64,000 nucleotides of DNA, from the NCBI GenBank assembly GCA_900544845.1, contig UQWV01000002.1:20721-84720 (forward strand), given 5' to 3'. Source of the DNA: an uncultured Collinsella sp. (GTDB lineage: Bacteria; Actinomycetota; Coriobacteriia; Coriobacteriales; Coriobacteriaceae). The number at the start of each line of letters is the position of its first letter. Within the stretch, counting starts at the first letter, position 1. This document shows positions 49,913 through 60,389 of this stretch, in pieces. Made by a program: the position numbers and the translations under genes. Below the pieces are notes generated by a model, which was not told the origin of the DNA, ran no database searches, and was given only the letters and a program-made list of their open reading frames with translations.

Positions 49913-50962
49913 ATGGACGACATACTGTGCGACATATCTGCCTTTCGGTATCACCGGATACCCCCACAGGTCTTGGCGATAATGCCGGACCTGCCCGATT
50001 CTGCGGACGACCAGCGCAGGGAGCGTCTTTGCGAGCACCCGCTCGTCAAGCATTTCCTGGGCACCCCGTTACACGTGTTGGCACAGGGCAGCTGCGGACG
50101 TAAGGGCGATCGCATTGTCAGGCATGTTTGGAACGGGGAGAGGCCGTTTGACTCCGTGCGGCAGACAGAGTTTGGCCTCGATGTCGCGTCACCGCTCTTT
50201 ACCCTGCTGACCCTGGCTTCTTCGGTCTCAAACGAGCGCCTGATCATGTGCATGTATGAGATGTGCGGTACCTTTGCCGTGTGCAAGATCGCGCCTCAGG
50301 TAAAGACGGCACTTGAGCAGGCATACGGGGACCGGTGGGGCGACGCGCGGCTGGGCTGGGAAAACGTAAAGGATGCCTCGGGGGATTCAACGGACTTGTG
50401 GAAACGACCTCCCTTGATCGAGCTCTCTGACCTTTCAGAGTACGTCGATAAGATCCGGGGGCTTCGCGGTGCTAAATCGTTCACACGTGCCGCAAAATGC
50501 ATTACGGGGGTCGCGGCATCGCCGCTCGAGGTCCAGGCTTCGATGCTGTTTAGCCTTTCGAGGTTGCGCGGCGGCGAAGGGCTGCGCCTTACCAATAACG
50601 TTGAGATTCGTATGACGTGCAGCGCCCGTCTGATTTCGGGGCTTGATAGGCGCTATGCCGATATTTTGCTGGCAAATAAGGACGGCAGCCGAGAGTGTCT
50701 GGTTGAATGCCAAGGTAAAGCCATTCATGGATCCATAGAATCCAAGATTTCGGACTCCGACCGAACGACGGCGCTGCAAGCGATGGGATATCCCGTCGTT
50801 TTGATGACCTATGGTCAGCTGGCCGACTCCGATGCCTTCCGCGTGGTGATGGAGCTCATCATGTCCTATCTCGATGTGCCGCTGAAAGACAAGACGCCGC
50901 GACAGCAGGAGCTCGAACGGCGGCTTCGTGAGGAGATTTTTATCGATTGGGCAGGAATGTAG
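49913..50962 (+). CDS. Hypothetical protein with C-terminal DUF559 (Vsr-like) domain; paralog of 40537..41727
   Basis: C-terminal ECQGKAIHGSIESKISDSDRTTALQAMGYPVVLMTYGQL. The N-terminal half aligns with the paralog (…LIMCMYEMCGTF vs …LVEYYFELCSAY). The start is approximate: the ORF track begins at a TTG at 49658, and I could not reconcile the frame exactly around 49860. Confidence 0.45.
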   Translation: MDDILCDISAFRYHRIPPQVLAIMPDLPDSADDQRRERLCEHPLVKHFLGTPLHVLAQGSCGRKGDRIVRHVWNGERPFDSVRQTEFGLDVASPLFTLLTLASSVSNERLIMCMYEMCGTFAVCKIAPQVKTALEQAYGDRWGDARLGWENVKDASGDSTDLWKRPPLIELSDLSEYVDKIRGLRGAKSFTRAAKCITGVAASPLEVQASMLFSLSRLRGGEGLRLTNNVEIRMTCSARLISGLDRRYADILLANKDGSRECLVECQGKAIHGSIESKISDSDRTTALQAMGYPVVLMTYGQLADSDAFRVVMELIMSYLDVPLKDKTPRQQELERRLREEIFIDWAGM

Positions 50963-51232
50963 CCGCGCGGGTGGAAAACGGTCGCGCGGACTAGAGTTTT
51001 GGTCGCAAAAAAGGCTTCGATTTTGCCTTGGAGGGGCCTTAAAAATGCTATCTAGAATAAGTTGTTTCGGAAAATCGACAGTCAACTTACATTCGGCACA
51101 TAGAGATCGATTTGTACCTATTAAAGTCCCTGATAAAGCTGTTTATCAAAGCGGGTGTGCTTAGCGACTTGAGCCTCACTATCGATTATCTGAAAAAACT
51201 TGTTCTGGGTATCATTTTAAAGTCGTCCGGAG

Positions 51233-51280
51233 CAACAAAATCGGCCCCCGTTTCGTGAAAACGGGGGCCGAATGGGCTTC
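51233..51280 (-). terminator. Rho-independent terminator of serA
   Basis: Minus strand CGGCCCCCGTTTTCACGAAACGGGGGCCG then ATTTTGTTG. Confidence 0.6.
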
Positions 51281-51310
51281 ATGGCCTGCCTGGCAGGCTT
51301 GGCACCGGCG

Positions 51311-52474
51311 CTATTTGATCACGCGCACGCGATACATCGACGGAATCTGCTTGAGCGTCTCGATGGTGCTGCTGTCCAGGTGTTCGTCGGTGTCGAACAT
51401 GGTGTAGGCGTTCTCGCCGGCGGACTCGTTGGTCATACGCTGCACGTTGGCGTTGTCCTTGGCGAGAATGGCCGTGATCTGGCCGATCATGTTGGGCACG
51501 TTGGCGTGCAGGCAGGCGATGCGGCTTGCGGCGCGCGCCTTGCCCATGCTGCAGGCGGGGTAGTTGACGCTATGTGCGATGTTGCCGTTCTCCAGGTAAT
51601 CCTTGAGCTCGCTGATGGCCATATCGGCGCAGTTGGCCTCGGCCTCGCCAGTGCCGGCGCCCGAGTGCGTGGTGATAAACGTGTTGGGCATCTTGACGGT
51701 CTTGGGCGTGGCAAAGTCGCAGCTAAACCAGCTCAGCTTGCCCTCGCGCAGGGCAGCGTCGACGGCGTCCTCGTCAATGATGGTCTCGCGTGCGTAGTTG
51801 ATGAGCACGGCGTCGGGTGCCAGCAGGTTAATCTGCTCGGTGCTGATCATGCCGATGGTGTCGGCCTTGCTGGGCACGTGTACGGTGAGGTAGTCGCAGC
51901 CGCGGCAGAGATCCTCGAGCGTGCCCACACGCTGCACCTCGCGGCTCAGCACCCACGCGTGCTCGACGGAAATGAACGGGTCGTAGCCGTAAACGTCCAT
52001 GCCCAGGTCGACGCAGGCGTTGGCGACCTTGGAGCCCACGTTGCCCAGGCCGATGACGCCGATGCGCTTGCCCTTGAGCTCGCGGCCCACAAAGGCCTTC
52101 TTGGCCTTCTCGGCATCGACCTGAATCTCGGGGTCGTCGGCGTTGTCGCGCACCCAGTTCATCGATTGCACCACGCCGCGGCTCGAGAGCACCAGCATGC
52201 CTAGGACGAGCTCCTTGACGGCGTTGCTGTTGGCGCCGGGGGAGTTGAAGACGACGACGCCCTTCTTGGCGTACTCCTCGACGGGGATGTTGTTGACGCC
52301 GGCGCCGCAGCGGGCGATGGCGCGGATGCCCTCGGGCAGCTCGTAGCCGTGCAGGTCGGTCGAGCGCATCAGGATCGCGTCGGCCTCCTCGGCGGTGCTC
52401 ACAAACTCGTAGCCCTCGCCAAACTCGACTTTGCCATCCTTGGTAATGTCGTCGATGGTCTTAATCTTGCGCAT
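51311..52474 (-). CDS. serA: D-3-phosphoglycerate dehydrogenase (2-hydroxyacid dehydrogenase family, short form)
   Basis: NAD motif GVIGLGNVG and catalytic RCD/H. AAGGAG RBS. It lies downstream of serC. Confidence 0.8.
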   Translation of the reverse strand: MRKIKTIDDITKDGKVEFGEGYEFVSTAEEADAILMRSTDLHGYELPEGIRAIARCGAGVNNIPVEEYAKKGVVVFNSPGANSNAVKELVLGMLVLSSRGVVQSMNWVRDNADDPEIQVDAEKAKKAFVGRELKGKRIGVIGLGNVGSKVANACVDLGMDVYGYDPFISVEHAWVLSREVQRVGTLEDLCRGCDYLTVHVPSKADTIGMISTEQINLLAPDAVLINYARETIIDEDAVDAALREGKLSWFSCDFATPKTVKMPNTFITTHSGAGTGEAEANCADMAISELKDYLENGNIAHSVNYPACSMGKARAASRIACLHANVPNMIGQITAILAKDNANVQRMTNESAGENAYTMFDTDEHLDSSTIETLKQIPSMYRVRVIK

Positions 52475-52543
52475 GAAAAACTCCTTAGCGGGTTTGTTTA
52501 AAACAAGTGGTTTGAAGTGGCTGGTCGGCCCGCGTGCTGCGGG

Positions 52544-53668
52544 CTAGTTAGATCGCGGGCTCAAACTACGCTGCGCTTCGAAGTCCTTCATGTACGAGGC
52601 CAGTGCCTGCACGTCTTCCATGGTTACGGCGTTGTAGACGCTGGCGCGCATGCCGCCCACCAGGCGATGGCCCTTGACGTTTTGAATCTGATGCTCGGCC
52701 GCGCCTGCGACAAAGGCGGCGTCGAGGTCGGCATCGCCGGTGCGGAAGGTGACGTTGGCGATGGAGCGGCTGTCCTCCTGCGTGGTGCCGTGGAACAGCT
52801 CGCTGTTCTCGAGCAGGTTGTAGAGCAGGTTGGCCTTGGCCCAGTTGCGCTCGGCCATGGCGGCAAGTCCGCCGGTCTCCTCGACCCACCGGAACACCTT
52901 GCCGCACACGTAGATGCCAAAGGTGTTGGGCGTGTTGAGCATGGAGCCCTTGGCGGCCTGGGTCTTAAGGTCTATGTACTGCGGCGTCTGCGCAAAGGCG
53001 GGGCCGTCGGCGATGAGGTCGTCGCGCACGATAACCACGGTCACGCCCGCGGCGCCGGCGTTTTTCTGCGCGCCGGCGTAGATGAGCCCGTAGCGCTCAA
53101 CATCGAGCGGCTGCGACAGAAAGCAGCTCGAGACATCTGCGACCAGCGGTACGTCGCCGCAAGCGGGCAGCTCGTGGTACATGGTGCCAAAGATGGTGTT
53201 GTTCTGGCAGATGTAGACGTAGTCGAGCCCGTCGCCTGCGGCCTCGGTGGCAATGCGCGCGTTGATGTCGGCCATGTCGGGGATGCGGTCGAAGTTGGTG
53301 TCCTCGGAGCTCGCGAGCAGCACGGCCTCACCGTACTTGGCGGCCTCCTTGTACGCCTTATTGGCAAAGTTGCCGGTCACGACGTAGCCGGCGCGGCCGC
53401 GGCGCATGAGGTTCATGGGGATGCCCGCAAACTGCAGCGTGGCGCCGCCCTGCAAAAACAGGACGCGGTAGTTGTCGGGGATGCTCAGCAGGCGGCGCAG
53501 GGTCGCCTCAGCGTCGTCGATGATCTGCTGGTACATGCTAGATCGATGGCTCATCTCGAGCACGGACATGCCGCAACCGCGGTAGTCCATCATCTCGTCG
53601 GCGATCTCGGCGAGCACGCTTGTGGGCAGCGCGGCCGGGCCAGCTGAGAAGTTGTGCACACGTGCCAT
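52544..53668 (-). CDS. serC: Phosphoserine aminotransferase
   Basis: MARVHNFSAGPAALP… shows class-V aminotransferase SerC similarity throughout. Confidence 0.9.
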   Translation of the reverse strand: MARVHNFSAGPAALPTSVLAEIADEMMDYRGCGMSVLEMSHRSSMYQQIIDDAEATLRRLLSIPDNYRVLFLQGGATLQFAGIPMNLMRRGRAGYVVTGNFANKAYKEAAKYGEAVLLASSEDTNFDRIPDMADINARIATEAAGDGLDYVYICQNNTIFGTMYHELPACGDVPLVADVSSCFLSQPLDVERYGLIYAGAQKNAGAAGVTVVIVRDDLIADGPAFAQTPQYIDLKTQAAKGSMLNTPNTFGIYVCGKVFRWVEETGGLAAMAERNWAKANLLYNLLENSELFHGTTQEDSRSIANVTFRTGDADLDAAFVAGAAEHQIQNVKGHRLVGGMRASVYNAVTMEDVQALASYMKDFEAQRSLSPRSN

Positions 53669-53894
53669 CTTCTAGTTCCCCTCGTAGTCGTTTGAACGTT
53701 CGGGATACTTTAGCACAGTGGAGCGCCAGGCGCGACCGCATCACGGTAAAACTCGACTACGCCGCTATGATTTACAGGATAGTTACATGGGGGAGGGGTG
53801 CTTTACTCCTCAGGCAAATCCAAATCAGCGAGCGAAGGCATGAGGTTCTCTAGGCGCTCGATCTCTTCGTCGCAAATTGGCTACCTCCTGGTCA

Positions 53895-55496
53895 CTACGA
53901 CGCCAGTGTGGCGATGACGGCTTCGTCGCCGGCGTATATTAGGGTGTTGCCATCGGGGATGATCGTTTGGCCGTCGCGCTTGAGCATCACCACAATAAAC
54001 GGATGCTTGCCTTGCGGCACATCGCGCAGACGCTGGCCGGCCAGGCGACCGTGGGGAGTCACGGTGACCTCGCGCAGCGTAACCTCGGCACGTTCTTCAA
54101 ACGTCGGCGCTGCCATGACCAGAAGGTCGCCTTCCTCGATGACGGTATCGCCGTTGGGCAGCACCGGGTGCGCGCCGTCGCGCAGCACCAGGACCACGAG
54201 CATATCTGTGGCGCTGCCAATGTCCGCGAGCGAGCGTCCGGCAAACGGATGTCCAGCGCCCACCTTGAGCTTTACAAACGACATGCCGTCCTCGTCGCGG
54301 TAGTCGTTAAAGGTGCGGCGCACGTCGCCGGTCGCATCGATCATATCGAGCTTCTTCGCCACCGCCGGCAGAAGCGAGCCCTGCACCACAATGCTCGACA
54401 CGGCAATCACAAACACCAGGTCAAATAGGTCGTGTCCGCCGGGAACGCCGGCCACCACGGCAAAGAGACTAAAGACGACCGAAGCTGCTCCGCGCAGACC
54501 CGCCCAGCTTACGAGCGCAACCTGGCGAGGGTTCGTCCTAAACGGCGCCAGCAGCATGCCTACGGCGATGGGGCGGCTCGCAAAGAGCATAAACGCCATG
54601 AGTGCCAGGCCCGGTAGCAGCATTTGCGGCAGGCGTGCGGGTGTAACGAGCAGGCCCAGCAAAAAGAAGATGGTCATCTCTGCCATCTCGGTGAGGGTGT
54701 CAAAGAAGTGCGCCATCTCGACTTTGCCGGTGATGTCGCTGGCACCCAGCACAATGCCGGCCAGGTATACAGCCAAAAAGCCGTTGCCGCCCAGGTAGCT
54801 CGGCAGCGCGTAGGCGACGATGGCCACGGCGAACAAAAAGATGGTCTGCGCGTCCTTGGCCGTTGCGTGCGCGCGTTCAATCAGGCGGCCCGCCGCCCAG
54901 CCGATGGCAAGGCCCAGGCCCACGCCCAGGATAATCTGCTTGGCCAGCAGTGCGGGAATGTTGATGTCGCCGCCGGCCGCGAGTGTAGCGAGCACAGCGG
55001 TGAGCATGTAGGCGACGGGGTCGTTGGAGCCCGATTCGACCTCGAGCAGCGAGTCGGTGCCGCCCCTCAGCGAAAGGCTGTGCTCGCGCAGAACGCTAAA
55101 GACGCTGGCCGCGTCGGTGGACGCCACGACCGATCCCAGCAGCAGGCCGCCGATCCAGTCGAAACCCAGCACAAAGTGGGCGAATACGCCGGTGATGCCG
55201 GCAGTGATGACGACGCCGAGCGTGCTCAGCAGCACCGCGGGCACGGCGACGGGCTTGGCGCGGTCGATATTGGTGTTAAAGCCGCCATAGAACATGATGA
55301 ACAGCAGCGCCGTGCTGCAGACGGTTTCGGTGAGCGCGTAGTCGCTAAAGTCGATGTGCGCCGGGCCGTTGACGCCCAACAGCATGCCGAGCGCGATAAA
55401 GATGAGCAGGGTGGGGAAGGGGAGTTTTTTGCCGACGGGTTTGATGGTCAGGCACAAAATGATGACGAGGCCGATAAAGAGAAGGATCTGGTTCAT
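53895..55496 (-). CDS. K+/H+ (monovalent cation:proton) antiporter, CPA1/NhaP2 type with C-terminal TrkA-C domain
   Basis: ~12 TM helices followed by a TrkA_C-like segment (…GDLLVMAAPTFEERA…). Confidence 0.85.
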   Translation of the reverse strand: MNQILLFIGLVIILCLTIKPVGKKLPFPTLLIFIALGMLLGVNGPAHIDFSDYALTETVCSTALLFIMFYGGFNTNIDRAKPVAVPAVLLSTLGVVITAGITGVFAHFVLGFDWIGGLLLGSVVASTDAASVFSVLREHSLSLRGGTDSLLEVESGSNDPVAYMLTAVLATLAAGGDINIPALLAKQIILGVGLGLAIGWAAGRLIERAHATAKDAQTIFLFAVAIVAYALPSYLGGNGFLAVYLAGIVLGASDITGKVEMAHFFDTLTEMAEMTIFFLLGLLVTPARLPQMLLPGLALMAFMLFASRPIAVGMLLAPFRTNPRQVALVSWAGLRGAASVVFSLFAVVAGVPGGHDLFDLVFVIAVSSIVVQGSLLPAVAKKLDMIDATGDVRRTFNDYRDEDGMSFVKLKVGAGHPFAGRSLADIGSATDMLVVLVLRDGAHPVLPNGDTVIEEGDLLVMAAPTFEERAEVTLREVTVTPHGRLAGQRLRDVPQGKHPFIVVMLKRDGQTIIPDGNTLIYAGDEAVIATLAS

Positions 55497-55749
55497 GGAT
55501 GGTGTCCGCTCCTGGGTGGTTGGCGTGGCACGGTCAGTTGCCTGCGGTTATTTGTACCCAAAGATGGTGGGTTTATGGGGTTGGATTGCGGGCGTGCGCG
55601 ATATCGTCATAGACGGCTGCCGTCTTTGCCTCTGCTCGGAAACCCTTTCCAGCTTTATTGCAACGGAGTACAATGGGTAACGTTTAAGTTCAACTTGAAG
55701 TTTTAGTTGCGGCACCGGGCTTCGGCCGCAATGCAAGGAGAGGCGTACC

Positions 55750-56589
55750 ATGGCGATCTATGTGACATCTGATGCTCACGGGCACGTGCGTGCGCTTGAC
55801 GAGGCCCTGTCTAAGATCTCGTTGACTTCCGACGACACGCTGTACGTGCTGGGCGACATGATCGATCGCGGGCCCGATCCGGTCGGCGTTATTAAGCTCG
55901 TGCGCTCGCTGCCCAACGCCCGCGTGCTCAAGGGTAATCACGAGCAGATCATGCTCGATGCCATCGTTGGCCAGGATCCGCTCGATGCCGAGACCTGGGA
56001 TATCAACGGTGGCTGGACGACGCGCGAGCAGCTCAACGACATGGAATATGAGGCATACGAGGAACTCGTGCGATGGATGGCCGCGCTGCCGCTCTACGCG
56101 GTGGTCGAGACCGAGGAGCGCCCGTATCTGCTGGTACATGCTGGAATCGAGATGAAGGCGGCGCGCGCGTTTTTGCTTGAGCATGGCGTCGATTGTGCCG
56201 ATGGCGTCGGAGCGGTGGATGCCGATCGCGAGCTGCTGCAGCAGATGCTCGCGGTGCAGTCGTCCGATGACCTGCTATGGATTCGTCACGGCTATTGGGA
56301 TGTGCCGACCGGGCTGCTTTCTGCCGAGGGCAAGGGCCCGGTCGTGGTGAGCGGCCACACGCCCACGGTATCGCTTGGGCGCTATTGCGAGGTCGGTGGT
56401 CTGGCGGGGCTCGATGAGGAATCGGGACGCGGGCAGATCGTGCGCTTGGGCGGCGAGGACACTGCCGGTGTGCCCGATCGCATCGACATCGACTGCGCCG
56501 CCGCCACCGGCTCCGAGTTCGGCCGCGTGGGCATCCTGCGCCTGGACGACGGGGCGGAGTTCTACGCGAACATCAACCCGGGCGAATAA
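55750..56589 (+). CDS. Metallophosphoesterase (PPP-family Ser/Thr phosphatase / ApaH-like)
   Basis: Motifs GDMIDRGPD and GNHE. AAGGAGAGG RBS. Confidence 0.8.
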   Translation: MAIYVTSDAHGHVRALDEALSKISLTSDDTLYVLGDMIDRGPDPVGVIKLVRSLPNARVLKGNHEQIMLDAIVGQDPLDAETWDINGGWTTREQLNDMEYEAYEELVRWMAALPLYAVVETEERPYLLVHAGIEMKAARAFLLEHGVDCADGVGAVDADRELLQQMLAVQSSDDLLWIRHGYWDVPTGLLSAEGKGPVVVSGHTPTVSLGRYCEVGGLAGLDEESGRGQIVRLGGEDTAGVPDRIDIDCAAATGSEFGRVGILRLDDGAEFYANINPGE

Positions 56590-56784
56590 CCTTGTTCCGC
56601 CGTTCTACCGAACGGCGGTCACGTTGACGCTGCGCAGCCCCGAAGCACCCCATCTTGTCGCTCAAACCGTCGCTCGCGTACAGAAGTACGCGTCGCTCCT
56701 CTTTCGCGCCAACCTGGGGCACTTCGAGGCTGCTCGCTGTCGATGCCAAAACATCGACGTTTCTTTTCTTCAAATTGATTCGAA

Positions 56785-58359
56785 TTAGACGCCGTACGGA
56801 TTCCGGTCCCTCTCTATGCGTTGGCGGATGTGGGCGTACTCGATAATCAGTAGCACCAGGAGTAGGACCATGATGGCTAGGTAGCTCACCACAGCGCCCA
56901 TCAGACCCAGCAACTTAATCAGGATCACCGGCAGTACCACGCTCGCGGCAAAACAAATCAGGTAGATCTTGGTGACGTCTCCAGCGTGGCGCAGCACCGT
57001 GATAATGGCGTAGATAAAATCGATGGCCGCGGTTACGCCGCCGGCGACGACCATCAGCAGCGCCAATGTGCGGTAGCGCTCAAAGTTGAGGCCGTACATA
57101 AAGCTCATGAGGGGAATGCCGGGGCCTGCCATAAATGCGGCGCACACGCCGGTGATGACCACGATCAGCGCCATAACGGCAACAATAATCAGGTCAAAGC
57201 GACGACGCTTGCGAGGATTAGCCCAAATGCTCGACAAGCGCAGGAGCTGCGGTTTATAGACAAATCCAATGCTCAACAGAATAGCCTGAGCTGGAAAAAA
57301 GAGGGCATTAAAGTACAGCTGGTATTTGTAGGCCAGTGTGCCTTCCATCACAAACTTGGGCATGCTCTCGATAAGGTTGAACAGGAATAGCGCGCCAAAG
57401 AGTGGAGCGCACTGGACAAACAGGTGGCCGACCTCGCGCAGGCTCACGCGGCGCGATTTTTCGGTCTCGAGCAGGGCAAGCGGCGCGGTGACCAGCACGA
57501 GCGAGGCGATCGCGGTGACGCCCATGGCCATGGCCGCGATGGGCATGCTGCGCGTGAGGAGCAGCGCCACGCTGAAGACCGCGATGACGCCGACGGAGCG
57601 CAGCGTTTGGCTCATGCCAGCCAAGTAGAGCTTGTCGGCCTGCTGCAGGCGGCCTTCGTACACGTCGGCGACGCCGTCTATCACCTTATACAGGTAGACG
57701 CCCAGGCCGATCGTCGCCATCTGCGCGTCATAGCCGCGGGCGCTGCTGTACATGAGGCCGCAGCCTAGGGCGAGCGCTCCGCAAAGCCAGCGGTTGAGCT
57801 GGTAGGAGGCAAAGGACGTCGTTTCGTCGATGTCCGAGACCTGAAAATTGCGCACGCCATAGTTGCACGCGATCATGATGAGCGTGCCGGTGACAAAGGC
57901 GATGGAGAATTTGCCTGCTTCTTCTGCTCCCACGAGCTGCGTAGACACGATGGTGAGCAGCGGAAACGCCAAGCCCCACACGGCGGTGCCGAGGGTGTTC
58001 CAAAGATAGTCGCGACTGGTGGCGTGCTCCTCGTATTCAGCCTCTTGCGTGGAGAAGCCGCCGCCGTAGACGGCGCCGAGCAGACGGTTCCACCAAGCGT
58101 TGACCATGCGGCGAACGGGGCCGGGCTCCCGATCGCGTTCGCGCCGACGACGTGTGGCTTGGCTGCTATCGGGCCCGCCGGCGTTGCGCTGGCTCAGCTC
58201 CTGGATGCGAGCGAGCTCCTCGGCGGTGTGCGAGGCCGGGAACAGGCCGTTCTCGATGCGACCGCCCTGGCTGGGTGCCCCGCCCGATACGGTGGGGTCG
58301 GAGACGCCGTTGTGACGGGCGATGGCGCGGCGGATGCTATCGAGGGGCGTGATACTCAA
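56785..58359 (-). CDS. Polysaccharide biosynthesis/flippase-like MOP-superfamily membrane protein with cytoplasmic N-terminal extension
   Basis: ~12-14 TM helices with Wzx/PST-like topology. Possible TTG start at 58359 after GAAAGGA. Confidence 0.55.
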   Translation of the reverse strand: MSITPLDSIRRAIARHNGVSDPTVSGGAPSQGGRIENGLFPASHTAEELARIQELSQRNAGGPDSSQATRRRRERDREPGPVRRMVNAWWNRLLGAVYGGGFSTQEAEYEEHATSRDYLWNTLGTAVWGLAFPLLTIVSTQLVGAEEAGKFSIAFVTGTLIMIACNYGVRNFQVSDIDETTSFASYQLNRWLCGALALGCGLMYSSARGYDAQMATIGLGVYLYKVIDGVADVYEGRLQQADKLYLAGMSQTLRSVGVIAVFSVALLLTRSMPIAAMAMGVTAIASLVLVTAPLALLETEKSRRVSLREVGHLFVQCAPLFGALFLFNLIESMPKFVMEGTLAYKYQLYFNALFFPAQAILLSIGFVYKPQLLRLSSIWANPRKRRRFDLIIVAVMALIVVITGVCAAFMAGPGIPLMSFMYGLNFERYRTLALLMVVAGGVTAAIDFIYAIITVLRHAGDVTKIYLICFAASVVLPVILIKLLGLMGAVVSYLAIMVLLLVLLIIEYAHIRQRIERDRNPYGV

Positions 58360-58539
58360 AGCGGAGTCCTTTCTATTGCTGCGCTTTAGTATAGACGCGA
58401 CGGTGTTCGCTCGTGTTTTTGAACGGATTGTTCAATAATTTCGGCGGGCGGCTGTAATTTGTCGGTAAACGTGCGGTATCCTGTTGAAGTTTTGTGACAC
58501 CCCCGATGCCGCCCACGCGGTACCAAGGAGCTTCTACCT

Positions 58540-60111
58540 ATGGACGTCGCCGCATTCTTACTGGCTCTTGTGCCGATTATTTGGCTGGTCGTGATGCTGC
58601 TGTGCTTTAAATGGCCAGCTTGGAAGGCCGCTATCGGATCGTTTGTCCTTTCGTGCTTGCTTGCCTTCGCATGGTGGCACCTGCCGGCAGCTCAGATCGC
58701 GACCGCCTCGCTCGAAGGTTTTTTGATGGCTCTGTGGCCCATCGTCCTGGTGATCATCGCCGCGGTGTTCACGTATAACCTGTGCGTTCGTACGGGCGCC
58801 ATGGACGTGATCGGCAGCATGATCACCTCCATCAGCAGCGACCGCCGTCTGCTGGCGCTGCTCGTGGCTTGGTGCTTCGGTGGCTTTATGGAGGGCATGG
58901 CCGGCTTCGGTACCGCTGTCGCCATTCCCGCCGGCATGCTCGCGGGCCTGGGCTTTGAGGCCGTGCCTGCCGTGCTCATCTGCCTGCTGGCCAACGGCGT
59001 GCCCACGCCCTACGGCTCCATCGGCATCCCCACGGTGTCCGTTGCCGACCTGGTGGGTTTGGATTCCCTTCACCTAGCGACCGTTCAGCTGGTGCAGCTC
59101 GCACCGTTCTTTGTGGTGATGCCGCTATTTATTGTGCTGGTTGCGGGCCGTGTTGCCGATGACCAGGGCAATGCCGCGAGTGTGGGCGAGCGTCTGCACG
59201 GTGTTGCCGGCGTGGCGTTGCTCTCCGGCGTGTCGTTTGTCGGCGCGGCTCTGGTCGTTGCCATGTTTGTGGGCCCCGAGCTGGCCGTGGTCGTAGGATC
59301 CATCGTTTCGCTCGCGCTGACAGCTGCGCTTGCCATGCGTGCCGAGAAGTCGGGGCATCTGGACGCACGCTTCCATATGAATATCGAGGCCGGCGAACAG
59401 CTCACCGTTAAATCGGCGCTTTCGGCCTGGTCGTGCTTCATTCTGATTTTTGTACTGCTGCTGGGTACGTCCAACCTGGTGCCCGCCGTGCATGCCGCGC
59501 TTGCGCCCTTTGCAAGCCACGTGCAGGTGTATTGCGGCGAGAACCCCGGTACGCTTACGTTTTCGTGGAGTAACACGCCGGGTGTTTGGATCTTCCTGGC
59601 CGCGTTTGTCGGCGGTGCCATTCAGGGCGCTTCGCCGCGCATGATGGGCGAGGTGCTGGTCGCGACTGTGAAGCAGATGACGCCGACGGTGATCACGATG
59701 CTTTCGGTACTGGGCTGCGCCAAGGTGATGGGCTATGCCGGCATGATTTCGTCGATCAGTGCGTTTTGCATTGCGGTCGCCGGCGGTCTCTACCCGATTC
59801 TGGCTCCGTGGATCGGCGCAGTCGGTGCGTTCGTGACCGGCTCGGGCACGTCCTCGGGCATGCTGTTTGGTCCCATTCAGAGCCAGGCCGCCACTGCGCT
59901 GGGTGTGAGCGACTACTGGATGGTCGCATTGAACGCCCTGGGCGTCGCCGCTGGTAAGATGATCTCGCCGCAGACCCTCGCCATTGGTCTTGCCGCCGTG
60001 CACGTGCGCGGTAAGGATGCCGAACTCCTGGGCGCGGTGCTGCCCTACGCTGCCGGCATGCTGGTCCTGATGAGCGCCATAGCCATGCTCGGCCAAAACC
60101 TGCCGCTGTAG
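58540..60111 (+). CDS. L-lactate permease (LctP family)
   Basis: Full-length LctP-family similarity. AAGGAG RBS. Confidence 0.85.
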   Translation: MDVAAFLLALVPIIWLVVMLLCFKWPAWKAAIGSFVLSCLLAFAWWHLPAAQIATASLEGFLMALWPIVLVIIAAVFTYNLCVRTGAMDVIGSMITSISSDRRLLALLVAWCFGGFMEGMAGFGTAVAIPAGMLAGLGFEAVPAVLICLLANGVPTPYGSIGIPTVSVADLVGLDSLHLATVQLVQLAPFFVVMPLFIVLVAGRVADDQGNAASVGERLHGVAGVALLSGVSFVGAALVVAMFVGPELAVVVGSIVSLALTAALAMRAEKSGHLDARFHMNIEAGEQLTVKSALSAWSCFILIFVLLLGTSNLVPAVHAALAPFASHVQVYCGENPGTLTFSWSNTPGVWIFLAAFVGGAIQGASPRMMGEVLVATVKQMTPTVITMLSVLGCAKVMGYAGMISSISAFCIAVAGGLYPILAPWIGAVGAFVTGSGTSSGMLFGPIQSQAATALGVSDYWMVALNALGVAAGKMISPQTLAIGLAAVHVRGKDAELLGAVLPYAAGMLVLMSAIAMLGQNLPL

Positions 60112-60112
60112 T

Positions 60113-60170
60113 CGGCACTTAGGGACGTTCCTTATGTGCCGGCACTTTGGGAACGTCCCTAAGTGCCGGC
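60113..60170. repeat. Perfect 18-bp-stem palindrome immediately after the lactate permease stop (REP-like terminator)
   Basis: GGCACTTAGGGACGTTCC…GGAACGTCCCTAAGTGCC. The 13-mer CGGCACTTAGGGA also occurs at 36549. Confidence 0.6.
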
Positions 60171-60389
60171 ATCCGGGGGCGCTCCTTGAATGTTGCCTGT
60201 TCAAGAGTGTTCCCAATGACTAGGCGTTTAAAAACGTCCCCAATGACTAGGCCGCTTGCCTGCGATTTTTGACCGTTGGGCGGGCTTGCCGCCCTTGCCG
60301 CAAAAACGTTTTTGCATATCGGGTACAACGGGCTTTACGTGAGTAAAGTGCGCGTCGCGTCAACGTGTCGCGTTTTTAAAGGAGGCCCC

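Noticed and set aside
50990-51240. AT-rich 250-bp segment downstream of the DUF559 paralog, considered as a possible small gene or promoter island (ORF 50928..51164)
   Set aside because: No convincing RBS or conserved frame. It is more likely a remnant of acquired DNA plus the serA terminator, and it is mentioned only as context for the low-GC finding.
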